Source of the DNA: Candidatus Shapirobacteria bacterium | GTDB taxonomy: Bacteria > Patescibacteriota > Microgenomatia > UBA12405 | Direction: 5' to 3' | Length of the DNA: 64,000 bases | Assembly (NCBI GenBank): GCA_028704885.1 | Contig: JAQWEN010000001.1 | Span: 587,107-651,106, forward strand | Shown: positions 37,601-46,260 of the stretch, piece after piece | Layout: the number at the start of each line of letters is the position of its first letter | How positions within the stretch are numbered: the first letter of the stretch is position 1 | Program-made: the position numbers and the translations under genes | Notes under the pieces: model-generated | The model's input: only the letters and a program-made list of their open reading frames with translations | Databases searched by the model: none | What the model was told of the DNA's origin: nothing

Positions 37601-38752
37601 ATGAAATTTTTTATTAAAACATTTGGATGTATCCAAAACACGGCTGATTCAGAACGAATTAAGGCTTTTTATTGGAATAAAGGATACAAAGAAGTTGATA
37701 ATTGGCGAGAAGCTGATTTGGTGGTTATAAACACCTGTATTATCAGAGAATCGGCAGAGAATAGAGTGTACGGATTGATTAATGAAATCGATAAATGGAA
37801 TCGAAACCCACCTGCCCTGCGGGCACCCTCCCTTGACAAGGAGGGCTTAAAAAAAATTAGTATTGTAGTTACGGGGTGTTTGGCAGGATTGGCAAATAAA
37901 GATAAAACTGGGAAAAAGTTGGCGCAATTAAAAAGAGATTTTCCCGAAGTTTCGGAATTTTTACCGATTGAAAAAATCAGTTATAAAATTGATCCCATTA
38001 GGGATAAAAAAGATTTAGCATTAATTCCAATTAGTTTTGGCTGCAGTAATTTTTGTAGTTATTGTATTGTCCCCTTTGCCAGAGGTCCAGAAATTTCTCG
38101 ACCAATGGAAGAAATTTTAAAAGAAATTGATGTAGTGATTAAAAATGGATTTAAAGAAGTGTTATTAATTGGACAAAATGTGAATTCATATCTCAATCCA
38201 AAACCCCTCTTTAATTCTCCCCTTGATGAAAGGGAGAACACTAATTACGTTGTACATATGGGCAAAAAAAGACTTCATAGTTCGTTTCATATTTTATTGG
38301 AAGAAGTAGCCAAAAAAGATTTGCAAAAAATTTCTTTTGTCAGCAGTAACCCTTGGGATTTTTCTGATGAATTAATTGCCACAATTGCTAAATATCCAAA
38401 TATTGATCGCCTTTTACATTTGCCTTTTCAAGCTGGTGATGATGAAGTGCTTAAAAAAATGAATCGAGGATATACTCAAAAAGAATATTTAGACCTAGTC
38501 AAGAAGATCAGATCTCAGATTTCAGATGTCAGATTTTCAACAGATATAATTATTGGTTTTCCTGGTGAAGATGAAAAGGCTTTTCAGAATACAGTGAAAT
38601 TGTGTAAAAAAGCAAAATTTGAAATTGCTTATTTAAATAAATATTCTCCCAGAAAAGGGACTGTGTCGGCAAAATTATATAAGGACGAGATCCCTCAGAG
38701 TGAAAAGAAAAGACGATGGAATGTATTAAATGATTTGATTAACAAAAAGTAA
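37601..38752 (+). CDS. miaB: MiaB-family radical SAM methylthiotransferase (no TRAM domain)
   Basis: TFGC..N..DSE, NTC, GC, CSNFCSYC, STDIIIGFPGE. Confidence 0.85.
   Translation: MKFFIKTFGCIQNTADSERIKAFYWNKGYKEVDNWREADLVVINTCIIRESAENRVYGLINEIDKWNRNPPALRAPSLDKEGLKKISIVVTGCLAGLANKDKTGKKLAQLKRDFPEVSEFLPIEKISYKIDPIRDKKDLALIPISFGCSNFCSYCIVPFARGPEISRPMEEILKEIDVVIKNGFKEVLLIGQNVNSYLNPKPLFNSPLDERENTNYVVHMGKKRLHSSFHILLEEVAKKDLQKISFVSSNPWDFSDELIATIAKYPNIDRLLHLPFQAGDDEVLKKMNRGYTQKEYLDLVKKIRSQISDVRFSTDIIIGFPGEDEKAFQNTVKLCKKAKFEIAYLNKYSPRKGTVSAKLYKDEIPQSEKKRRWNVLNDLINKK
37804..37846 (+). repeat. family-A repeat inserted in-frame in miaB (NPPALRAPSLDKEG)
   Basis: CCCTCCCTTGACAAGGAGGG is identical to the core of the 48619 copy. 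Confidence 0.85.
38201..38238 (+). repeat. family-A repeat inserted in-frame in miaB (KPLFNSPLDERE)
   Basis: AAACCCCTC...TTCTCCCCTTGATGAAAGGGAGAA. Confidence 0.75.
38508..38535 (+). repeat. 4 x 7-bp tandem TCAGATN within miaB
   Basis: TCAGATC TCAGATT TCAGATG TCAGATT. Confidence 0.7.
38711..38748 (+). repeat. direct repeat, left copy (miaB 3' end)
   Basis: AGACGATGGAATGTATTAAATGATTTGATTAACAAAAA, identical to 40083-40120. Confidence 0.95.
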
Positions 38753-38768
38753 AAATCATTTTTGCTTA

Positions 38769-39062
38769 TCATTCTATACTCAAATACTTCTTTATTTTAT
38801 CCAATTCTTCTAAGATGGAATTTAATTTTAGATTGGTTAAATTAACTTCATTTTCATCATTTTGGAAAAACATACCAATAGGTTGATTGGTAATTTCGGA
38901 AATTCTTTTAAGAGTAGGAATCGGAGGGATGGCGCGACCAGATTCGTAAGCACTAATGGTTTTATCAGATATGGAAAGTCTGTCGCCAAGCTCTTTTTGC
39001 GACAATTTAGCCAATTTTCTGGCTCGATTTATGGCTTTACTTAATGCTAAAACTTCGTTCAT
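38769..39062 (-). CDS. XRE-family HTH transcriptional regulator
   Basis: LSQKELG...ISAYESGRAIP. Confidence 0.9.
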   Translation of the reverse strand: MNEVLALSKAINRARKLAKLSQKELGDRLSISDKTISAYESGRAIPPIPTLKRISEITNQPIGMFFQNDENEVNLTNLKLNSILEELDKIKKYLSIE

Positions 39063-39356
39063 AAAATTAAACCCATTAGTTTAAAAAATGGGAGGATTTT
39101 GATTATAACACATCTATTTTTATTAGATTAAATAATATATTTAAGTATATTTAATATAATTAATCTATTGTAAATAGATCAAAATAGTGTATTATTGGGT
39201 TAAGAATAAATTTATTGTTCAAAAATAAATTTAATACGCACCTTGACCAAAAAACAACAAAAAACTTACAGAACAATAAGCTGTTCTGAATAAAGTTTTT
39301 TGTCTATATAGAACCAATCTACGGTGTCGAAAACAAAACACCAGAAAGGCAATGCT

Positions 39357-39578
39357 ATGAACGGTCCTCGAGGTACTCTTTATCATCCCGACATGGGCAA
39401 CAACATCGAAAGCTCTGTCACTTTCAGAAGAGACGGATCTGCTCATCAAACAGTCTATGATCGTGACGGTGGCGGCCGCTATTCATGGGATGAGCGTGCA
39501 GATGGCACAGCCAGCGATCCTCATTTCACTGATCAAGACGGCAGAAATGAACGCGACAGGCACCCATTTGGTCGATGA
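39357..39578 (+). CDS. orphan hydrophilic protein (73 aa)
   Basis: ATG 39357 with GAAAGG SD; GC clearly higher than the flanks; own promoter (39168-39195). Confidence 0.65.
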   Translation: MNGPRGTLYHPDMGNNIESSVTFRRDGSAHQTVYDRDGGGRYSWDERADGTASDPHFTDQDGRNERDRHPFGR

Positions 39579-39591
39579 CCAAACAAAAATC

Positions 39592-39702
39592 TGCACTATC
39601 GATTAGTGTATTTTATGGAGATAAATGATAAATTTAATCATAATTTATCTCCAGATGGAGGTTATTTATAATAATAATTAACCTCCATTCTCCCTTTTTT
39701 TT
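39592..39702 (+). terminator. triple-hairpin 3' region ending in T8
   Basis: TGCACTA/TAGTGTA; TGGAGATAAAT/ATTTATCTCCA; ATGGAGGTTA/TAACCTCCAT. Confidence 0.7.
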
Positions 39703-39708
39703 AAAAAT

Positions 39709-40080
39709 ATGCCAAAAATTTATTCAAATAAAAAAACTATAAACATTCCTTTTCCAAATAAAGTCTTTGATCTTTATCTTGATAAATTTAAGGTGAAATC
39801 AGAAGGTGAATTGAATGATCAAAATATCTTTTTTATTATTAAAGACTGTTATAAAGATTTTAAAGAGGGATCTTTATCTTTAGATAATTTTTCCAGTATT
39901 GGAGGATATCTTTTTGATAAATTAAAACCCAGTTCTAAATCCAGTAAATTTGGATCTGTTTTATTAGATATTGGTGAGTTAAATTTCTATGTCAGAAATA
40001 CAGAATCAAAACCAAAATTTTCAGAAATAAATAACTTTCTTTCAGATATTGAAGAATTTTTTGAAAAATACGAAAATTGA
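39709..40080 (+). CDS. hypothetical protein (123 aa)
   Basis: ORF ending 2 nt before the right direct repeat. Confidence 0.6.
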   Translation: MPKIYSNKKTINIPFPNKVFDLYLDKFKVKSEGELNDQNIFFIIKDCYKDFKEGSLSLDNFSSIGGYLFDKLKPSSKSSKFGSVLLDIGELNFYVRNTESKPKFSEINNFLSDIEEFFEKYEN

Positions 40081-40082
40081 AG

Positions 40083-40120
40083 AGACGATGGAATGTATTA
40101 AATGATTTGATTAACAAAAA
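40083..40120 (+). repeat. direct repeat, right copy (displaced miaB 3' end)
   Basis: Identical 38-mer followed by ATAA (versus GTAA on the left). Confidence 0.95.
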
Positions 40121-40126
40121 ATAATT

Positions 40127-40894
40127 TTATTGAACTGCATTCTGAGCAGTGATGGATTCGAAGAAGAAGGAAGGAATTTGATAAATATTTCTGGTTTTAA
40201 TTTGAGTTTTAACTCCGTCGCCGGCAGTACCTACAGCAGTTAATTCTTCACCCTGAAGGGGAAATACGGAAGAACCAGATAAAGTTAAATTAGTAGAAGA
40301 ACCTAATGGAGTAACTACCAGTAATAAGGCATCTTCAGTCCCAATCGGAAAATTAATAGTTTTACTGGCACTGTAGGTATAGCCAGTAACAGCAGGAGCG
40401 GTATTACTAAAATTGTAACCAGAACGGCTAACACTATAGTTAGTACCAACTCTAGAATAATAATCTATTTTAACTGCACCAGTAAAAGTATCATCCACTT
40501 TCAAACTTAAAGTAGTACTTTTTGAGTAATAAACACTATCGATAGTACCATCATTATTATGGTTAACTAACCAAAATAATTGAGGAGTATTGGATGAAAC
40601 TTTACCTTCAGAAGTAAGACTGTTAGCATTACCGATAGATAAAGAACTGACGACGGCACTATTACCATCACCAGGATTATATTGAGTATTATTATTTAAA
40701 AGATAATTATTAATTCCGGATTCAGCAGTATTAAAAGCTTCTTTTAATAATTCTTCGTCAGTATCAACTTTAGTATCAGTAACTGTCTTGCGGGAAGCAG
40801 ACATACCCAAGGTTAAAAGAATAGCAGAGGCCAAAAGAACAATGATGGCAATTTGACCTTGGTTGGATTGATTATTTTTTATTTTGTTTGTCAT
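40127..40894 (-). CDS. PilX-like minor pilin
   Basis: QG|QIAIIVLL hydrophobic N-terminus, AFNTAESGI motif; start re-assigned to MTNK. Confidence 0.75.
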   Translation of the reverse strand: MTNKIKNNQSNQGQIAIIVLLASAILLTLGMSASRKTVTDTKVDTDEELLKEAFNTAESGINNYLLNNNTQYNPGDGNSAVVSSLSIGNANSLTSEGKVSSNTPQLFWLVNHNNDGTIDSVYYSKSTTLSLKVDDTFTGAVKIDYYSRVGTNYSVSRSGYNFSNTAPAVTGYTYSASKTINFPIGTEDALLLVVTPLGSSTNLTLSGSSVFPLQGEELTAVGTAGDGVKTQIKTRNIYQIPSFFFESITAQNAVQ

Positions 40895-40896
40895 GT

Positions 40897-43611
40897 TTAG
40901 TTCCCCCATTGCCAATTAGTTAAAACTTTGGCTAAAGATCCAGGAAGATTGAAAATCATTTGAGGATTATGATTAACAACTACGGCTGGATTTAAATTAT
41001 TATTTGATCCGCCTAGATCTCGACCGGAAAAATTAATATCACTAGCGGCATAAAGACTGCCATTAAAAGTTAAGGCAGTGGTATTGGTACCAGCAGCGGT
41101 AATATTGTTGGCAACTAAAATGCCATCGACTTGGGTGACATTGTTGGCAATAGAAATGTTGCCGCTAACAATTATCATTAAGAAGTTTCCACTTTTTAAT
41201 ATATTTCCATTAATAGTTAAATTACCATTAACAAAGAAAATATTATTAGGATCGGAACCAAGATCACTAAGACTGGTTATAGTTTTATCTCCTGTCAAAA
41301 TTGTACCAATACTGTTTTTGTTGTGATATTGACTGAGGAAGTAATTATAATTAGTATTATTAATAACTAATTTAGCAGCGGCAGATTGATAGTACCAAGC
41401 TTGAGCATTACTAAGTGGATCGCGACCAGCGTTACTAATATTAGGAGCGGAAATTAAACCACTGGGACTGATTTTACAATTGGCAGTGGTACAGGTAACC
41501 GGAACTCGATTGGCAATTCCAAAATTACTAACCACTCCACCACCAACCGTCTGCCACCAGGGATCTTGATTAACCACACCAGAAAAATCAACTGTCAATG
41601 AAACACTAGAGTCATAAGGACTAATTGGAGAGGTGCCAGTTAAAGCGATGTTTGACTGACAACTGGAGTTTCCATTAAATCTCATTTTTATAGTAGACTC
41701 ATTCATTTTTATATCATCATTAAAATCTAGAGTATAACTTTTACCCCAAACTAAATCATTTCCAGTACTGGAAAAGGAATGTAAAGAAGTAAGAGTCATA
41801 TTTTTATCGCCGGCAGCCGCATTTTTAAAAGTCAAATTCTTAAAATTAATATCATTAACATAACTGCTAAAACCAATAGAAGGAGAAGGACAATAAACAG
41901 ATGGGTTAGCACCACTGCCATCAAAAATATTTCCAGAAACAGGAACATTACAATTCCAATATTTGAATGAACGATTAGTATCAGTGGTAACGACAGAACC
42001 AGTATAAACATTAACATCAGAAGCTGAAACAGTGATTTTTTGTAAATCGGTCGAAGAAATCTGAGCTGTAGTGATATCAAAAATAGCTGTGACATTATTA
42101 CCGCTTCTACTGATTGATGAATAATTAAATACTTGAGAGCCAAGAGTTAATTGAATATTATTAATATCGGCTCCACCCTGAGCATCAGAATAAGTCACTA
42201 CAAATCTGGCCGTAGTCGGACTGGAAGTACTCGTAAAATCTGATTGACAAATATGATTACGATTATCAGTTTCAGCCGCAACTACAGTATTATTAATATT
42301 TTCAATTACTAAGGTGGAAAAAGCTGGAGGATTATCCCGAACAGCAGAACAAGGAGTATCTAATGTCTGAGCAGCAACACAAGTACCATTAGAACCACTG
42401 CAAGTCCACTTGTATAATCCATCAGATCCAATATTATCTGTCCAATTTATTGTGCCGACAGCACATAAGTTTGAAGCCGGAAGAGAAGAATAAGTGCCAC
42501 CATTAGCAGTTCCGCAAGCACCAATAATGTTATTAACCGGCGTTTTAGTACCAGTACAAGTTCCGCCACAACCATCATCAAAAGTCTGATCAGGGCAGTA
42601 ATCTCCGGAAATTGAACAATCAGCTGGACATTGTTTAACACAACGACATTTAGCTGCATTGGCACCAGAACCAGTACACAACCCAGTTAAATAAACTGGA
42701 TTAGAATAATTGGCTGGATCATCACAATTTCCTCCAAAAGCAGCACAAGTGGCCGCATCGGCTGAACTTCGAGATTCACAAACAAAAGAAGGGGTAATTG
42801 GAATTCGACAAAGACAAGCTGAAGTACTGGGACAAAGACCTGACTTAGTGGTGGTGTTGGCAATGGCAGTCGTACTGCAAGTTCCACCAGCATTAGCACA
42901 AGCCCCACCGGCAGGAGTGTAACAACCAGAAGAAGATGTTCCACAATCAGTGGAACAATAGGAAGAATTTAAACCGGGATTTTTACAACATCTACCAGCA
43001 CCACATACATTATCATTTTCACAAATAATAGTATAATTGTTTATATTTTTTTTATAACATTGCTGCGAGCTATTTCCACAGGGTCTACATCGATTATAAC
43101 TGTACCAACAATCGCCGGTAGGCTCATTTCCCCAAGCCGCGTCACAACTGCTATACCAACCAGCAGAATTATTACAATACAAATTACCAACACAACCAGA
43201 ACCGCCTTTCTTCCAAACATTATCACCAAGACAATTACAATAAGAATCTGAGTGCCACTTACATAGCCCAGTACTATTTCCACCTGGTAAAGGATCAAAA
43301 AGATGACCAGGTTCAGCTACTGTCGAATCAGCCCAACTTGTCCAGGCATAACAAGCAGAGGCTCCAGTTTCAAAACAAGCTGCAGAAGTAATACCATTTA
43401 CACCAGCAGCATAATCAATACCATTAAGGCCATGACAACCAGTAAATACACACTCGGCCTCAGGGCAAGAAGAACTGGAATAGGAAATAGTATAACCGGT
43501 AGGACAGTTTTCATAAATATTAATGCAATAAGCAGAGACATCATCTCTAAAGAGAAAAAAACTTGTGAATAAAAAAACTAAACAAAATAATATTTTTTTA
43601 ATTATGGACAT
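40897..43611 (-). CDS. large secreted Cys-rich surface protein (904 aa)
   Basis: Signal peptide, Cys-rich repeats, C-terminal beta-helix-like GNLTINGNI...VDGILVA region. Confidence 0.75.
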   Translation of the reverse strand: MSIIKKILFCLVFLFTSFFLFRDDVSAYCINIYENCPTGYTISYSSSSCPEAECVFTGCHGLNGIDYAAGVNGITSAACFETGASACYAWTSWADSTVAEPGHLFDPLPGGNSTGLCKWHSDSYCNCLGDNVWKKGGSGCVGNLYCNNSAGWYSSCDAAWGNEPTGDCWYSYNRCRPCGNSSQQCYKKNINNYTIICENDNVCGAGRCCKNPGLNSSYCSTDCGTSSSGCYTPAGGACANAGGTCSTTAIANTTTKSGLCPSTSACLCRIPITPSFVCESRSSADAATCAAFGGNCDDPANYSNPVYLTGLCTGSGANAAKCRCVKQCPADCSISGDYCPDQTFDDGCGGTCTGTKTPVNNIIGACGTANGGTYSSLPASNLCAVGTINWTDNIGSDGLYKWTCSGSNGTCVAAQTLDTPCSAVRDNPPAFSTLVIENINNTVVAAETDNRNHICQSDFTSTSSPTTARFVVTYSDAQGGADINNIQLTLGSQVFNYSSISRSGNNVTAIFDITTAQISSTDLQKITVSASDVNVYTGSVVTTDTNRSFKYWNCNVPVSGNIFDGSGANPSVYCPSPSIGFSSYVNDINFKNLTFKNAAAGDKNMTLTSLHSFSSTGNDLVWGKSYTLDFNDDIKMNESTIKMRFNGNSSCQSNIALTGTSPISPYDSSVSLTVDFSGVVNQDPWWQTVGGGVVSNFGIANRVPVTCTTANCKISPSGLISAPNISNAGRDPLSNAQAWYYQSAAAKLVINNTNYNYFLSQYHNKNSIGTILTGDKTITSLSDLGSDPNNIFFVNGNLTINGNILKSGNFLMIIVSGNISIANNVTQVDGILVANNITAAGTNTTALTFNGSLYAASDINFSGRDLGGSNNNLNPAVVVNHNPQMIFNLPGSLAKVLTNWQWGN

Positions 43612-44774
43612 AATAAATTAACCAATAATGCGTTTTGAAGAAGACTCTTTGACCAAATATTACGTTCTTCAATTAGAAAAAAGCCGCCTTCACCGTTTAA
43701 TTTTCTAAAACTGCCATCACCATCCCAATATTTGGAAATAAAGACACTTAAAAGTTTTTCTTCACTAGACTGATATTTTGAGTTGTTATCATATTTAGCC
43801 AATTCCCGATTTAAAAAGGCACATTCAAGATTCATTCCTTCAGATTTTGCCCCCTGATCTGTAAAATAAAGACTATAAACATCTTTAGCCCAATCAAGAT
43901 ATTTTTGTTCTTTATTGACCGAATATAAATCTAATGAAGAAATAGCTAATAAACATTTATCATTGGCTGAAAAATTAACATAATCCAGATAATATCCCTG
44001 AAGGAGCTTATTAAAATAAGCATTGGCAACATCTAAATCATTCTGTTTTTGGCTGGACTTATATCGAGCCACGAAGTCACTCGGAAAAGTAACAAACCAT
44101 TTATAGTTCTGATTAATACTCTGGTCGCTTTTGAAAACTAAATCTTTCGTTTTATCAGGATTTTGCCAATCATAATAATCAACCTGAGAAATTACATTAA
44201 TATCAGACTTTGTCTTTTCACTATATATATTTTTTACTTCATCACTACTGATATAAGTGCTAGTCGTACAAAGCTTATGAACTTTATCAAGATATTCCTG
44301 ACTTAAAATTTTTTGATCAGTTATTTCCAAAAGCAATCGACAGTTCCAAAAATTATTTTGAACCTGCATCTTATCAAGCTGTTGGTAATAATAATCAATA
44401 TCTTTTTTAAGAATAGAAATTTCATCTGTATCACCAGTTTTTTGGATATATTTATATCTGGCCCAAATGGCAGGAATGGCATCATGACCACTTAAACCAG
44501 CCTCTTGAGGGCCATTACAAGTTTTTTTTTCAAAATCGCAGTCAATAAAACCAAAATATTTTCCATTTTCGTCTCTTTTGGAATTAATCCAAGTCAATGT
44601 TTTCTTGGCATAGCCACAATATTTCTTTTCAGCAGCAGTAAACTTGTTTTTAGGGCTAAGATCTTTTTTAAACAAACCAATTTTATTACCAATAAAAATA
44701 AAACCAACCGAAACAATTACTATCAAAAAAATCGAAACTATTTGAAGCAAACTAAAACCTTTTTTTGTGTCCAT
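43602..44774 (-). CDS. prepilin-like N-terminus fused to an alpha-helical (six-hairpin glycosidase-like?) domain
   Basis: KKG|FSLLQI + TM; LDLYSVNKEQKYLDWAK and YWDG...GGFF segments. Confidence 0.55.
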   Translation of the reverse strand: MDTKKGFSLLQIVSIFLIVIVSVGFIFIGNKIGLFKKDLSPKNKFTAAEKKYCGYAKKTLTWINSKRDENGKYFGFIDCDFEKKTCNGPQEAGLSGHDAIPAIWARYKYIQKTGDTDEISILKKDIDYYYQQLDKMQVQNNFWNCRLLLEITDQKILSQEYLDKVHKLCTTSTYISSDEVKNIYSEKTKSDINVISQVDYYDWQNPDKTKDLVFKSDQSINQNYKWFVTFPSDFVARYKSSQKQNDLDVANAYFNKLLQGYYLDYVNFSANDKCLLAISSLDLYSVNKEQKYLDWAKDVYSLYFTDQGAKSEGMNLECAFLNRELAKYDNNSKYQSSEEKLLSVFISKYWDGDGSFRKLNGEGGFFLIEERNIWSKSLLQNALLVNLLCP

Positions 44775-44819
44775 CTAATGAAACTATAAAGCATTTCAGA
44801 AAAAATTCAATTATTTGTT

Positions 44820-45950
44820 TTATTTAAGATCACCAGGATTCCAATCAGGCATGGATTTTCTATTTTTATTAATCTCATCGGCAGTACCGCCAAAAAAATC
44901 AACTAAACCTTCCTTAAATATTTTTTCAAATGAAACTTGAATTGTTTCGGATCTAAAAGGTTGGGAATATTTTTCTCCATAACGGACCTTGGCACCTATA
45001 TAACCAGCATGAGCCATTTCCTTACAAAATTGTTGACCGTTTTTACAATATAAATTCCACCAGCAATAAGCAGATAAACCTTCCTTAAAATAACCTGGAT
45101 ATTTAGCAAATTCTCCTCCCAAATTAAGCATCTTAATACCTACAGATTCTATATATAATGGTCCTCCTAATAAAGTATTCATATATGGAATTTCCGACTT
45201 TAAACCTTCTTTTGATAGATTCCAAACAAATTGACCTTCTTCATTGTAGGTGTAAACAAAACCCGATTTTTCATTAAATCGATTAATAATAAAAGATCTC
45301 ATACCATTATCTGTCAATAGTTTAAGATAATTCGAATCGTAAACTTCCATTTCTTTAATAGCTTTTTTGAAACCAGAGACAACATTATCCTGACAATTAA
45401 TCATAGCTATGGCTGGACTGCCATCTTTATGACTAATAATTGAAAAATTTTCAATATTACTATATTCTCCGGTTTTACCATATTCAATAATCTGCTCTCG
45501 AGTTAAATAATCATCCACCTTATTAAATTCATCTTCATTAGAAGATAAAGAATTTTCGTATATTTTTAATAAATCTTTGGTAAATTGAAGTCTTTCGGCA
45601 GGAATGCCGTCTAATTCTGATTTAGTTTCAGTGGTTGTCGGGGTAGGAGTGGGTTCAGGGGTAGGAGTGGGAGCCTCGGTATTATAAATAGTTTCAGTTG
45701 GAGTTGGATTTAAGGTGTCACTAGCAGCTATTGGAGCAACACCATAATCGCCACCTTCAGGTCCAAACAATTTACTTGAACCAACATAAACACCGGCAGC
45801 AACCACAGTTCCTGCAAGACCAACAGAAATAGCTTTAACTAAATTCACTCTATGACTTTTGTGTTCATCTTCATGATGACCTTGATGTAAACCTTTTTGA
45901 ACATCTGGGTGTTTCATTACACCTTGTCCTGTTTCGACTGTATTTATCAT
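44820..45950 (-). CDS. orphan membrane-anchored protein with Pro/Thr linker
   Basis: TM helix, PTPTPEPTPTPT linker; own promoter TTGACA-17-TATAAT (45989-46017). Confidence 0.65.
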   Translation of the reverse strand: MINTVETGQGVMKHPDVQKGLHQGHHEDEHKSHRVNLVKAISVGLAGTVVAAGVYVGSSKLFGPEGGDYGVAPIAASDTLNPTPTETIYNTEAPTPTPEPTPTPTTTETKSELDGIPAERLQFTKDLLKIYENSLSSNEDEFNKVDDYLTREQIIEYGKTGEYSNIENFSIISHKDGSPAIAMINCQDNVVSGFKKAIKEMEVYDSNYLKLLTDNGMRSFIINRFNEKSGFVYTYNEEGQFVWNLSKEGLKSEIPYMNTLLGGPLYIESVGIKMLNLGGEFAKYPGYFKEGLSAYCWWNLYCKNGQQFCKEMAHAGYIGAKVRYGEKYSQPFRSETIQVSFEKIFKEGLVDFFGGTADEINKNRKSMPDWNPGDLK

Positions 45951-46260
45951 TTTTTCTAGATTTTATTATAACCTATAATCTAGTAAGAATTATATCGTTT
46001 ATAGTTAATTTTGTCAATGTTTACCGTTGTATCTGATATAGTACACATTTATTACACACTGGCCGTATAATTTTAATATGTATCGATTACACATTAATTA
46101 CTGTGATTTTAGGTACAAAATGACAGTGGAAATTAGATTAATTATTAATTAATATAAAACAATCAGTTGCGATATATATTAGAGCAGATAGATATTGATG
46201 TTTCGCCTTTTATTCGGTTCTAGTTGTTGACAGAGTAGATTACTCTAGTATTATTTTGGT

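Larger units (their letters stand above)
38749..40120. mobile_element. ~1.4-kb integrase-less islet integrated at the miaB 3' end
   Basis: Flanked by a 38-bp direct repeat; carries an XRE gene and two orphan ORFs. Confidence 0.7.
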
